Notes: generated by a model not told the origin, from the letters alone. A stretch of 37,125 nucleotides of DNA from a virus (IMGVR_UViG_3300033067_000134:1-37125); one strand, 5' to 3'; shown: positions 18,434-28,024, counted from the first letter of the stretch. Numbers and translations are program-made.

Positions 18434-19528
18434 TTAACCCATGTTGTAGATTGCCAAGTCGGCCAAGCCTGACGGAGCGTTCACAGAACCACCCTTCGCC
18501 ATTTTGCTCGCGCCGTAGGCAGCAGTACCGAGACCAGCCAACTGAGAGATGGTGGACGGAGCCGCTTGATATGTCTGAGTCGAAGTGGTTTGCAGTGGCA
18601 AGCCGCGCAACATGGCGTTCATGTTGGAGAGCTGCTGCATGCCCCACTGTTGTTGGGTGGCGTAGTTCTGAATCTGTTGGTTGATCTTGTTCTGCTCCAG
18701 CTGTTGCTGCTGCGTACCCAACTGGTTCTGCAAGCCGATCGCCGCTTGCTCTTGACCAAACTGTTGCTGGCCAAGTTGACCCAAAGTACCGGCAGCTTGG
18801 TTGGCTGTCTGCAAGCCTTGCAGGCCCAGGTTCGCACCGAACTGTTGCTGACCGATGTTGGCTTGCTGCGCAGCCATGGCGCGCGCTTGATCTTGGTTGA
18901 ACTGCTGCATCGCGTTGTTATATGCCGTGTTCAAGCCGGTGCTGATTGTGTTGCCTTGCTGGATACCCAGATTGCGTTCACGCTCCGCGCGCATGAGAGC
19001 GTCACGGCTACCACCGAACGCGCCACGACCAACGGCATCAGCTTGTTGTTGCTGGCCGGCAATCTGAGATGCACGTGCTTGTTCTTGGAGCTGCGGTTGC
19101 AGCGCCTGCATGGCGTATGGGCTCATGTACTGAGCCGCCGCACGGTTACCGAAGTTCTGCGAGCCCGCCATCATCGGGTTGTATTGCTGGTTCAAGGCGC
19201 CAAGTCCTGCCTGCGCGGCGATGGTGGACGCGTCAGCGGTTTGTTGGGTTGGGCCGAGGTTGGCCGCGCCGCGGTACGCCTGCTCTTGCATCGGGCTGGC
19301 GCCAGCAAAGTACTGGTTCATGTCCGTGCTGAACGGTGTGTAGCCTTTCATGCCGGTGATCTCTGTCGAGGTCTGGCCGGTGGTCGGGTCCACGTTTTGT
19401 TTGGTATCAAATAACTGTTTCTGGGTCGCGCCCAGCATCGTCTCTACGTACGGACGTGCGTATTCGGGGATGTTCGACGTGTTGGTTGTCGACGACGATG
19501 GACCTGCTGGAGAGCTAGAACCGCACAT
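18434..19528 (-). CDS. DNA transfer/pilot (ejection) protein
   Basis: MCGSSS start, IPEYARPY, YMSPY, GAFGGSR, Gln-rich heptads, C-terminal LAGLGTAAYGA. Confidence 0.72.
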   Translation of the reverse strand: MCGSSSPAGPSSSTTNTSNIPEYARPYVETMLGATQKQLFDTKQNVDPTTGQTSTEITGMKGYTPFSTDMNQYFAGASPMQEQAYRGAANLGPTQQTADASTIAAQAGLGALNQQYNPMMAGSQNFGNRAAAQYMSPYAMQALQPQLQEQARASQIAGQQQQADAVGRGAFGGSRDALMRAERERNLGIQQGNTISTGLNTAYNNAMQQFNQDQARAMAAQQANIGQQQFGANLGLQGLQTANQAAGTLGQLGQQQFGQEQAAIGLQNQLGTQQQQLEQNKINQQIQNYATQQQWGMQQLSNMNAMLRGLPLQTTSTQTYQAAPSTISQLAGLGTAAYGASKMAKGGSVNAPSGLADLAIYNMG

Positions 19529-19536
19529 AAGTCACC

Positions 19537-19998
19537 TCAAAATTCGTAAATCATTTGCGTGGCCATCTCTTTAAAGCCCATTCGCTTCCAGAGTTTAGCC
19601 ACACGTAAGTCAGTCATCGCTGACACCATAAGCCGCTTCACATCACGTGAGCGCAGCTCTTCAACTACACACTGAACCAGCTTCTTACCGATTCCGTTGC
19701 GGTGCTCTTTCAGGACGAACACCGTGTCTTCTTGGGAGATCAGGTCGTTGTTGTGCATGTCGTTGGTCAAATACACATTGCTGTACCCAACCGCCGCACC
19801 GTCACAACGGACCACAAAGTTCAATAGCCAACCACCTTGGCATGCCTCTCCGTACTTATCCAATCGTGGGTTGTACGGGCTATAGAACACACCCTCACCA
19901 GCCAGACGTTCCGTCATCTCAGCGTAGTGCTGACGATACAGGGGCTCAAGCTCCCTGTAGTTTTCCGTGAACTTTTCTAGCGTGATGGTGTAGTTCAT
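19537..19998 (-). CDS. GNAT-family acetyltransferase-fold protein
   Basis: VFVLKEHRNGIGKKLV (motif A) and LWKRMGF (motif B). Confidence 0.82.
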   Translation of the reverse strand: MNYTITLEKFTENYRELEPLYRQHYAEMTERLAGEGVFYSPYNPRLDKYGEACQGGWLLNFVVRCDGAAVGYSNVYLTNDMHNNDLISQEDTVFVLKEHRNGIGKKLVQCVVEELRSRDVKRLMVSAMTDLRVAKLWKRMGFKEMATQMIYEF

Positions 19999-21338
19999 GC
20001 TGGCATGGCCTTACCGGGGTTGACTTCTGGCGCTTGCTTTTTCTTGCCTGTGCGGGCCGAGCGAATACGGTCCATCATCTTGTAGAGCTGCTTGGCGCCG
20101 GCGTCAGTCGAACCGTTGCCGAGGTGGGAGACCACGTCGGCCGGAACCACGAACTCACCGTCAGCCAAACGAGCTGGCTGCTTACCGCCGATCTGAGCAG
20201 GGATGCTGTCGGACATACCGTCGCCGGGGCCTTTGAGCATGCGACCACCATCGGAGTAGCCGCCCAAGTCGGAGATGCCGCCACCGCCAGCAAAACTCAT
20301 CTCGCCGGTCATAGGATTCACACCGGTGTCCGCAGAACCTGCCACCATGTTTCGGGAAACCGGAGTTTGCCATGGGGTTGCGTATGACCCCTGCTGGATG
20401 TCAGCACCGGGGTAGCCTGTGTTCATGCCAACTGAATTGGCGTTCGACATCTGCTCGATGGGACCGCCGTCGGCGTACTGGTAGTTTTTGTACTGCGCTT
20501 GGTAGTACGGGTTGGGTGGGGTCGGGTTGTACGGGTTGTAGTTCTCAGACATGCTGTAACGGCTGAGAGGTCCGGTGTATTTCTCTTCGCCTGGCATCTG
20601 CGTTTGAGGGGCCATTGCACCGGCCATGGCGGGAGCTGCTGCGGCCAAGCCCATCTTACCTACGCTTGTACCAGAGCCTGCGGCGTAGTTACTGAAAGCA
20701 TCGCGGCCAGCCTCGGTTGTGAGACTCTGAGCACCTTGACCCATAGTGGTGAATGGGTTAGCCATCGCGTTGGTAGATGCCTGTGCCATGGCGTTGGTTT
20801 TAGCTGTCTCCAGTGCTGTTTGGTTGGCCGCAGCAAGTCGCGCACTCTCAGCAGCGGACTGTGTCCCTGCTTGCTGCATAGCAGCTTGGTTTGCGGCTTC
20901 GCCCGAGGCGGATGCGGCGGCTTGATCTGCGACGGCTTGTTCACCTGCGGCCGCGGCAGTTTGGGCAGAGGAGGTACCCGCACTCATTAAACCACCCGCA
21001 ATACCAGCACCACCATAAGCACCCATGCCGGCCAAGAGACCATCTTTGAGGCTACCCGTGCGCAACGCTTGAAGGCCGCCAACACCAGCACCGATCATCC
21101 AAGGCGCAGCAGCGCCGCCAGTAGCAGCGGTAAGACCGACACCAATCAGCGTGGGGAGAATGTTTGACAGAAAACCAGCTTCGGCCAAACCTGTCTCGGG
21201 GTTGACTGTCAGGGAACCGCCATGGGCTTTAGCCAAGGCTTGAAGTCCTTGAACTTCGCTTGGCGCCATGTGTACGAGGGTGCGGTCAGGGCCACGGCCT
21301 TGCGCGGCTAGGTGTTGTGCTGCGTGATGAAGGCTCAT
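19995..21338 (-). CDS. internal virion protein
   Basis: LAAQGRGPD.TLVHM...LTVNPETGL N-domain; Gly/Ala hydrophobic stretch; C-domain GPGDGMSDSIPA...ARLADGEFVVPADVV. Confidence 0.7.
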   Translation of the reverse strand: MSLHHAAQHLAAQGRGPDRTLVHMAPSEVQGLQALAKAHGGSLTVNPETGLAEAGFLSNILPTLIGVGLTAATGGAAAPWMIGAGVGGLQALRTGSLKDGLLAGMGAYGGAGIAGGLMSAGTSSAQTAAAAGEQAVADQAAASASGEAANQAAMQQAGTQSAAESARLAAANQTALETAKTNAMAQASTNAMANPFTTMGQGAQSLTTEAGRDAFSNYAAGSGTSVGKMGLAAAAPAMAGAMAPQTQMPGEEKYTGPLSRYSMSENYNPYNPTPPNPYYQAQYKNYQYADGGPIEQMSNANSVGMNTGYPGADIQQGSYATPWQTPVSRNMVAGSADTGVNPMTGEMSFAGGGGISDLGGYSDGGRMLKGPGDGMSDSIPAQIGGKQPARLADGEFVVPADVVSHLGNGSTDAGAKQLYKMMDRIRSARTGKKKQAPEVNPGKAMPA

Positions 21339-21366
21339 TGGTGCCTCGCTGGAAAGGGGTTATGGA

Positions 21367-21395
21367 AGTCTACCATCTCAAGGCGGCGTAGGCAA
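21367..21395 (-). promoter_or_regulatory. sigma70-like promoter upstream of the internal-protein genes
   Basis: TTGCCT-17nt-TAGACT with TGn extended -10. Confidence 0.55.
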
Positions 21396-22037
21396 TACCG
21401 CGGGCAGAGGAGAAACGAAAGTGGCGTACATCACAACGGAAGGGATTCCGGGGTGTGGGGCGGAAGCGGTTGCTGCATCCAAGCGCATGTTTGTGTCAGT
21501 CGTAGCCCACTTCATCTCAATGTAGTCGGCAGCAGGGTTGGGAATGTCGATGATGAAGTCCCATGTGACCTCGGCGTACTCGTTGTTGGCGGACAGTGTG
21601 ATTGTGCGGGTTGAGTAGCCAATGTCAGTACCGCCACGGTTAATCCACATGTAGAGAGTCTTGGCACTTGCACTTGCGCTAATCACCTGCGCAGTAACCG
21701 TGAACGAATAGACGCCGGGGTGCACCACCGTGATTTGAGAGCTTGACACTACCGAGATACCGTTCGATAGGTATGTGGTGGGGTAGGTTACGGTGTACGC
21801 AGTGTTGGCCAGCGAAGCGGTTTGGTCCACTGTGCTGAAGAACAAACCATAAGGCTTCTCAAGATATTGCGCACCATTTTCACCAAGCACGGTTGTGTTG
21901 GTGTTGTCAATCTGGTTGAAGTACAGACGCAGCGTATTCGTGAGTTGTTCAACGTACTGCTGACTGTATTCGACCGGAGGCAAAGGCAGTAGCGGTGCCT
22001 TTGGTGGAATGAGGTATCGGTTGTCTGTAGCCATCAA
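21378..22037 (-). CDS. tail-associated structural protein with C-terminal beta-sandwich (C1q/BclA-like)
   Basis: P..P.EY...LRLYFNQID N-helix; ITVVHPGVYSFTVTAQ. Confidence 0.6.
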   Translation of the reverse strand: MMATDNRYLIPPKAPLLPLPPVEYSQQYVEQLTNTLRLYFNQIDNTNTTVLGENGAQYLEKPYGLFFSTVDQTASLANTAYTVTYPTTYLSNGISVVSSSQITVVHPGVYSFTVTAQVISASASAKTLYMWINRGGTDIGYSTRTITLSANNEYAEVTWDFIIDIPNPAADYIEMKWATTDTNMRLDAATASAPHPGIPSVVMYATFVSPLPAVLPTPP

Positions 22038-23992
22038 CGTCGTCCATCGGGGCGCACATCAAGGCGTGGAGCACCTAGCTGCCATGCCACACCCAACTCG
22101 TTTGAGCCAACACGAAACGCCATCTGGCGACCGCGCACACGGACATAGACGTACTGGGTGAACTGCTGCACGTTGTATGTACGCTGACCGGCATAGTTGT
22201 TGACGCTGGCCACATCAGGGCTGTCCGAGACACCATAGTTTGCGCCGGGGTTCTGGCGTGGGCGCACAGTGAACGTGACCGTTGGCTGCGCTACATCTGA
22301 GCCATCAAAGGTGAGGTCAGGAATAATGCGAGAGACAAGGCCGAAATTATGGCCATCACCAATGTCGAAGTCCGAAGACTGCACATACGCTTCAATAGGG
22401 CTAGGAGGGCTAGTGGTTCCATCATCGTTACCTGTCTCGTGATACAGAAGCTGACTGTTGTAACCTGCCGCCATAGGCTCTTCGCGCAGCGGGCTGTCCA
22501 ACCAGTATGTGCGCTCCATTGTGCCGTAGTACCACGTGCGTTCAAGGTAGTTGAACACCACATACTTGTCGACCGTGTTTGAGTTGGCGGAGCAATAGAA
22601 CCACCACACCTCGTTGTAGCCTTCGTTGGTGCCAGAAAAGAACTGGTACGACTGAATCATGTTGATGTCGTCGTACACGTACTGGCGCAGCGCGCAAGGC
22701 AGCGTCTCTACACGACCGGAGTACATGTAGAACTTGTCGGCGCCCATCCAGTATGTCACGTTGTTAGCCGTGGACACTACGTTAGGGCCAGCGATGGAGA
22801 TGTTGTCGCCCATGATCTGGAAGCCCCAGACGTAAGGTGGGCCAAGGTATTGCATGGAGTACACGGCCGCATCGGTGAAAACCAAAATCTCTTGACGGGT
22901 CTGCTGCGCAGCCACGATTTCAGAGCCACGACTCAGACGGTAATCACCTGCCTGGTTTGTAGTAGCTGGTGTCCATGTGTAGAACTCTTCTTGCTGAGAC
23001 CAACGAATCAGCAGCGGGTCTTGTGCGGTAGAAAATAGGGCGCCTGACGGGTCGTTGGTGCCCATAGCAATTACGAAGCGCGAAGAATCTGACACCACCA
23101 CTAGGTTGGTCACAGAAGGGCAAGTACTGTCGATCACGGACCCATTCACGGTTGTGCCCGCCTCCATAATGACACCACGGTCAAAAATGTTCGGGTTGGC
23201 GTTTACAGCCCAGTAGTACATCGCACCGCCGCGAGGAGCAAAGATCAAATCTTCGCCGTAGTTGGACTGGCTCCAAAGACGCAACTGCTGACCGATACCA
23301 CCGTTAGAAGCAGCCTCACCCCACCCAGTGCTCGTACCACCTTCGTTAAAACCACCCCAACCACCAGCACCCCAGCCGGTAGCTACGGTGTAGGTCTCAA
23401 GGCCAGTAGTAATCTGGAACTCAAAATCGGCCGCACCAGCCGTACCGCTAGATGTGGCAGGAGCGGATACCGTGATTGTGTACGTATTACCGTCCACATA
23501 GGTGATCTGAAACTCTTTGTTGAGCGCTGCCGCCGGAATACCATTAACTGCGCCAGACACGCCAGAAATTGTTACGAAGTCGCCTGTCTGACCGCCATAA
23601 CCGTTGTCATTTACAAGCACAGTTGTGGAACCATTAACGGTAGTGAAAGCGCCCGACGCCACCGTACTTGTTGCACGGATTGGAGTGATGTCGTAGAACT
23701 GACCGTCTGGACCGTTCTGGATGTAGTATTTGAGGTTGGTGCCAAGAGCCAAGAAGTTGTTACCCACCAACGAGTTCCAATTCCACATTGAACGGCACAC
23801 ACCCCAATACGAACCTACTGGGGGTTGTAGCGTAGCCTCGGCAGTGCCGGTGTCTTGAACCCAACCACCTAGCTTCTCAGGAAAGCCTGAGCGGAAGCGA
23901 ATCTTGTCGCACTCAAACCAGCCGCCCTCGTTGGCGAGGGTCGTGCCTTCACGGTTTACACCGGGGCGGAATTGGAGTTTTTGTAAAGGCAT
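22034..23992 (-). CDS. tail nozzle / stabilisation protein (P22 gp10, T7 gp12-like)
   Basis: MPLQKLQFRPGVN...IRFRSG.PEK.GGW, IRWSQQE, YNEVWWFY, C-terminal RGRQMAFR...PDGRR. Confidence 0.78.
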   Translation of the reverse strand: MPLQKLQFRPGVNREGTTLANEGGWFECDKIRFRSGFPEKLGGWVQDTGTAEATLQPPVGSYWGVCRSMWNWNSLVGNNFLALGTNLKYYIQNGPDGQFYDITPIRATSTVASGAFTTVNGSTTVLVNDNGYGGQTGDFVTISGVSGAVNGIPAAALNKEFQITYVDGNTYTITVSAPATSSGTAGAADFEFQITTGLETYTVATGWGAGGWGGFNEGGTSTGWGEAASNGGIGQQLRLWSQSNYGEDLIFAPRGGAMYYWAVNANPNIFDRGVIMEAGTTVNGSVIDSTCPSVTNLVVVSDSSRFVIAMGTNDPSGALFSTAQDPLLIRWSQQEEFYTWTPATTNQAGDYRLSRGSEIVAAQQTRQEILVFTDAAVYSMQYLGPPYVWGFQIMGDNISIAGPNVVSTANNVTYWMGADKFYMYSGRVETLPCALRQYVYDDINMIQSYQFFSGTNEGYNEVWWFYCSANSNTVDKYVVFNYLERTWYYGTMERTYWLDSPLREEPMAAGYNSQLLYHETGNDDGTTSPPSPIEAYVQSSDFDIGDGHNFGLVSRIIPDLTFDGSDVAQPTVTFTVRPRQNPGANYGVSDSPDVASVNNYAGQRTYNVQQFTQYVYVRVRGRQMAFRVGSNELGVAWQLGAPRLDVRPDGRR

Positions 23993-23998
23993 GGCGGC

Positions 23999-24027
23999 AT
24001 TTTCTCACTTAGGCTCGGCACTGTCCA
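23999..24027 (-). promoter_or_regulatory. putative promoter, possibly giving a leaderless nozzle mRNA
   Basis: TGGACA-17nt-GAAAAT with TGn; ATG only 6 nt downstream of the -10. Confidence 0.45.
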
Positions 24028-24671
24028 GAGCAGTTGTCGTAAAGCGCTTGGCGCTGCTCGTACCCAATTAGACCACCGTTGATGACCTTCGTCATACCCT
24101 TGATGTCGCCGGCATCGGCGAAGCTGTTGAGCTTGTTTGTTTTCCAGAACCAACCTGCGCTGCGCGCGGCGTACTCGGGCTCCAATAGCAAAGCCGGATT
24201 GGCCACGAAGTCCACGCCGAGGTAGTCCCCACAACGCTTGTGATTGTCCTTGCCGGTCAATTGTTTCAGACCCATTCCTCGGTGGTTCCAGCCGTCGCCA
24301 GACTCAACGGTGCCGTTGCCCATACGGTTCGAGTACACGCTGTTGGCGATGAGCTGCGGCTTGCGGTGGAGGGCTTTGGCGAACGCGTTGGGGATGTTCT
24401 TCCCCTTCTCGTCCTTCTTCGGCTTCTTTGTAGCTGGGTCAATCACAGCAAAACGCGCTGGCCACACGGCGGCCATGGTCACGTCGGAGTAATTGAGGTT
24501 CTCCTCCAACATGGTGTAGCCGGCGGACTCGTGGCTGGTCTGAGCCAGGAACGCAGCGATACGCTGCGGTGTGTTGATCTCAAACTCTTCGCAAGTCTTG
24601 ATGATGTGGGGCAACCACTTGTCCGGGTCTTTGACCTTGACGGCCACCAGCATTTCACGGGTAGGTGTCAT
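24009..24671 (-). CDS. endolysin, glycoside hydrolase family 19
   Basis: AAFLAQTSHES, EENLNYS, GDGW.HRG.G..QLTG..N, SAGWFW, TKVINGG. Confidence 0.92.
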   Translation of the reverse strand: MTPTREMLVAVKVKDPDKWLPHIIKTCEEFEINTPQRIAAFLAQTSHESAGYTMLEENLNYSDVTMAAVWPARFAVIDPATKKPKKDEKGKNIPNAFAKALHRKPQLIANSVYSNRMGNGTVESGDGWNHRGMGLKQLTGKDNHKRCGDYLGVDFVANPALLLEPEYAARSAGWFWKTNKLNSFADAGDIKGMTKVINGGLIGYEQRQALYDNCSGQCRA

Positions 24672-25144
24672 TTCTTGTCCTTGTTACGTGAGCCTTGGCT
24701 AGAACCCAACAGGAAAGCGAACATGCCTGTGATGACGGTACCAAGCACGTAGCCCAGGATGGTGTCAGCGAAGCGTGTGTTGTTCTCAGGGATTGGCACC
24801 CAGATCAAGCAAGGGATGAAGATCACAGAGAAGGTCGACCACAGGCCGATGAAGTAGTACAGGAAGCGACGCACAAACGGGTCATCTGACTCCATGGCTT
24901 TCATCTGCATGTCGGTGGCACGCTGACGGGACTTTTCATCCAGCTCAGCCATGAACTCGTCGTGCTTGGCTGCCTCAGCGTTCCACTTCTCGTAGTCTTC
25001 CTTGGTGGCCTCGTGCTCGGGCTTGAGGGTGATACCCATCTTGTCCTGCACGTAATCCACACCCTTCTCAACCACGGCATCCGCGACCTTGTGCATGTTG
25101 TTGGCGATCAAGCCTTGCACGATGGACATCACAACTGGCAACAT
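24668..25144 (-). CDS. putative holin
   Basis: Two C-terminal TM helices ending FLLGSSQGSRNK; coupled to the endolysin. Confidence 0.7.
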   Translation of the reverse strand: MLPVVMSIVQGLIANNMHKVADAVVEKGVDYVQDKMGITLKPEHEATKEDYEKWNAEAAKHDEFMAELDEKSRQRATDMQMKAMESDDPFVRRFLYYFIGLWSTFSVIFIPCLIWVPIPENNTRFADTILGYVLGTVITGMFAFLLGSSQGSRNKDKK

Positions 25145-25145
25145 A

Positions 25146-25649
25146 TCAAACTCCTAAAGCAACAATAAACAGACCGACACCGAATGAGCCAACGCCCACG
25201 GCCGCGTAGAACAAAGGCATCGACACCGCCAGGATGGCAGCGGTGGACAGCACGAGACCCAACTGCATGAGCATGGCTGAGTAGGTGTAATACGGCGCTT
25301 TGTTGCTGAGCAACTTCTGCTCCAACTCAAGGGCCTGAGCCTTGGCTCGGATGGCGTCCATATCGTCGTTCATGCGCTGCGCTTCTGCGTGGTAAACCTG
25401 AGACAGCTTCTTGTCGTCAACCAAGTCAGCGGTGGTTTTGTAGATGGCAGCACGCACGTTCTTGGCTTGATACCAAGCCCACTGGTTGTTGGCCGCGATG
25501 ATGTCCTTCATGATGCGGCTAGAGTTGCCGTCCTTGAAAAAGCTATTAACGGCTACCAGCGCGGCGAGGATGATGAGCAACACCGCAGCACGGCGTTTGA
25601 TGATGACCTCAAGCTCACTCCTCGTCAGAGGCTTTTTTTCGTCTGTCAT
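25146..25649 (-). CDS. DUF4337-like membrane protein
   Basis: TM, then ANNQWAWYQAKNVR, coiled coil, QLGLVLSTAAIL and a final TM. Confidence 0.7.
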   Translation of the reverse strand: MTDEKKPLTRSELEVIIKRRAAVLLIILAALVAVNSFFKDGNSSRIMKDIIAANNQWAWYQAKNVRAAIYKTTADLVDDKKLSQVYHAEAQRMNDDMDAIRAKAQALELEQKLLSNKAPYYTYSAMLMQLGLVLSTAAILAVSMPLFYAAVGVGSFGVGLFIVALGV

Positions 25650-25794
25650 TTTTCTTTTCCTTTTCTTCAACGCGCAAACACAGCGCTTCAGTTCTTTTCA
25701 ACTTCTTGTCTTGGTAGACAAGACCGACCCACGTCGTCAGGTTTATGAAGAGCAACAGCGTGACAATAATCACCCACCAGTAGAACTCTCTCAT
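25615..25794 (-). CDS. small N-terminal-TM protein with basic coiled-coil tail
   Basis: ATGA overlap; MREFYWWVIIVTLLLFINLTTWVGLVYQDKKLKR... Confidence 0.6.
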   Translation of the reverse strand: MREFYWWVIIVTLLLFINLTTWVGLVYQDKKLKRTEALCLRVEEKEKKNDRRKKASDEE

Positions 25795-26522
25795 AGAACG
25801 GAATACAACGCCGTCATCCACAGAGACGCGACCGAGATCACGACCACGTAACCCAGCTTGGCCACCAGAATTTGTTTGCGGTGTTCGAGTCGCCATGCGT
25901 TGTTCCGTTCCTTCTTGGTCTTCAGCGCACGAGCAATCTCTTGCTCCTCCAAAATCTCATCGTACTTCGCGAGAAAGTCGCGGTACATGTCACCAAGACC
26001 CAGCTCTTCTGGCGTTCCCCAGATCATCGCCTGCTTTAGCTGGGCGGAGAGTTGGTTCATTTGCCACTGAATTTCGATGCGATCAATCGCACTGTCGGCA
26101 ACCTTCTCGGTGGTGAGAGCTTCTTCTTCAAGTTCCCGGCAGTGTGCTTTGAGGTGCCTCATAGCTTCAAAATATATTTTCAGATTCTCGCAGATGTCGT
26201 GCACTGCGCGCGCTTGGAACTCCTCATAACTCAGCTCTGGTTCTGGCTCCGCTACCTTCTTCTTAGCCGGCGCAGGAGCTGCTGCTTTCTCCACAACTGG
26301 CGCAGTGACTGTAGGTTGTGGCTTCTTTTCTCCGAAGAGTCCTTTGAGCCAGCCCCAGATTCCTGTGACCTCGTTGTAGATTGCTCGGGCATCTGCTACC
26401 CCACCCTCAATCTGCTTTTTAAATTTTCCAATTTCAGCCTTCCCTTCTGACAGCATTTGGCAGCCAGCGCGGATAGCACCAACTGCACTTTGCGCCATGA
26501 GGAGAAGACTGATTGGGTCCAC
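25791..26522 (-). CDS. coiled-coil protein with C-terminal TM
   Basis: MDPISLLLMA N-helix, long amphipathic helices, C-terminal LGYVVVISVASLWMTALY. Confidence 0.7.
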   Translation of the reverse strand: MDPISLLLMAQSAVGAIRAGCQMLSEGKAEIGKFKKQIEGGVADARAIYNEVTGIWGWLKGLFGEKKPQPTVTAPVVEKAAAPAPAKKKVAEPEPELSYEEFQARAVHDICENLKIYFEAMRHLKAHCRELEEEALTTEKVADSAIDRIEIQWQMNQLSAQLKQAMIWGTPEELGLGDMYRDFLAKYDEILEEQEIARALKTKKERNNAWRLEHRKQILVAKLGYVVVISVASLWMTALYSVL

Positions 26523-26525
26523 ATC

Positions 26526-27629
26526 TTATGCGGTACGGTTCCACATATAGACCACAACATACGGTTGCAAGTTTGCACCTGTACCGGAAGAGCCTGTGCT
26601 GCCTGTCGTACCAGACACGCTGTGGGTGTGATCTTGTGAGGCGTTACCTGCGGATGCAGTAACACCGGTAGAAGCGTTCGCGATGACTTGGTTGCCTGCG
26701 GAGTCAGTTGTGTAGTACGCACCTGCACCGCCGTTAACAATACCGGCCATACCACCAACAGCATACCCAGTACCCGGCGCGATACCGCGTGCAATACTGT
26801 CTGCACCACCGTTTGAGTTGATTTGGTGGTAGTGACCGGGGTCGCTAACGGAAATGCTGTGGCTGTGGGTCTGACTCTGCCCACTGGACGTTGCACCGAA
26901 TGTGTGGGTGTGTGCTACTGCAATAGCATCAGCGGAACCGCCTGTGTCGCCAGCAGTAAACCCACCGCCGGCACCGACCGTTACACGCCCCGCCGCGTAG
27001 GCCACCCAAGTACCGAAGCCGAATAACGTACCGGGGTTGGTGCTCACCGTGCTCGAATAAATGGAACCGATTGGGTATAGCGCTTGTAATGCCGCCTGAA
27101 CAAATGCAGTGGTTGCAAGCTGCGTTGTGCTCGTACCGTATGTTGCCGTGGGGGCAGTGGGCGTACCAGACATGGCAGGGGAAGCCATAGTCGGCGAGAT
27201 CAAGTGGTCTGTCTGCTGGGCCACGTTTGTACCGTCGCTCCACACAGACATGGTTTTACCCGCAGGGATAGCGATTGTGGTTCCGCCGCTCAACGTGATA
27301 CCGTTCTTTGTCGTTGAGTTTGAGATGATGGCCACATAGCTAGAAGCGTTGTAGAACGTGTACAGCTTGGAGTTTGGTGGGATGCAGACGGTGAAGTTCG
27401 CGCCTGTTGTTGTGGTCAAGGCAATCGCAGCAAAACGAGCTTCATCCGCCGCACCGTCGTTGGCCGTCAGGGCTTGAGGCGACGCAACTATGCTGACCGA
27501 GGTGTACCCAGCCACAGCGTTCTCAATGAACGTGCCAAGGTTGTTGTTTGTTGTGCTGCCCCAGACGCCAGCTTGGTCGCCAGTGCCGATGAGTTCAAGG
27601 CGTAGATCGGGAGAATATGTGCTAGACAT
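26526..27629 (-). CDS. short tail fibre / collar-domain protein
   Basis: GTPTAPT...QLATTAFV fibre repeat; YPIGSIY...NPGTLFGFGTW; HxH motifs; NLQPYVVVYMWNRTA. Confidence 0.8.
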   Translation of the reverse strand: MSSTYSPDLRLELIGTGDQAGVWGSTTNNNLGTFIENAVAGYTSVSIVASPQALTANDGAADEARFAAIALTTTTGANFTVCIPPNSKLYTFYNASSYVAIISNSTTKNGITLSGGTTIAIPAGKTMSVWSDGTNVAQQTDHLISPTMASPAMSGTPTAPTATYGTSTTQLATTAFVQAALQALYPIGSIYSSTVSTNPGTLFGFGTWVAYAAGRVTVGAGGGFTAGDTGGSADAIAVAHTHTFGATSSGQSQTHSHSISVSDPGHYHQINSNGGADSIARGIAPGTGYAVGGMAGIVNGGAGAYYTTDSAGNQVIANASTGVTASAGNASQDHTHSVSGTTGSTGSSGTGANLQPYVVVYMWNRTA

Positions 27630-27638
27630 GCGTATCCT

Positions 27639-28022
27639 TTAAGGATTTGTTTCGGAAATGGGTACCCACTGGAGGTTTTCTTCGTCCCATAGGTATCTGA
27701 CTGTCTCGATGTCAGCAGGAAAAGGTACTGGCGGAACCCAGTCGCAAGTATCCTCGTTTAAAGCCCAACTGTCAAAAGGTTTGGGCGGGATAAACGCGTC
27801 TCGCACAGCATCATACGTGCCACCAATAACAGCGTAGTTTTTGCGGAAAGCCACGCCCCCATCTGGTTGCCCGTCTGGACCGTAGTGGACGCCTTGGCGG
27901 GTGTTGTATGAAGTCTGTATCCATTGACTGGGGTCGCCTGCGTACCCAGCGTCGATGAAATCCTGCTCTGCGGCGATCACATCGACAACTACACCGTTCT
28001 CTACTTTTGCAAAGGTAGTCAT
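27639..28022 (-). CDS. tail-fibre-associated protein
   Basis: WIQTSYNT...RKNYA.IG..YD..RDAFIPPKPF.SW, a family usually adjacent to Gly-rich fibre genes. Confidence 0.65.
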   Translation of the reverse strand: MTTFAKVENGVVVDVIAAEQDFIDAGYAGDPSQWIQTSYNTRQGVHYGPDGQPDGGVAFRKNYAVIGGTYDAVRDAFIPPKPFDSWALNEDTCDWVPPVPFPADIETVRYLWDEENLQWVPISETNP

Positions 28023-28024
28023 AG

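Noticed and set aside
18566-19414. 282-aa Leu-rich antisense ORF resembling a membrane protein
   Set aside because: Leu runs are the reverse complement of CAG/CAA Gln codons in the ejection protein
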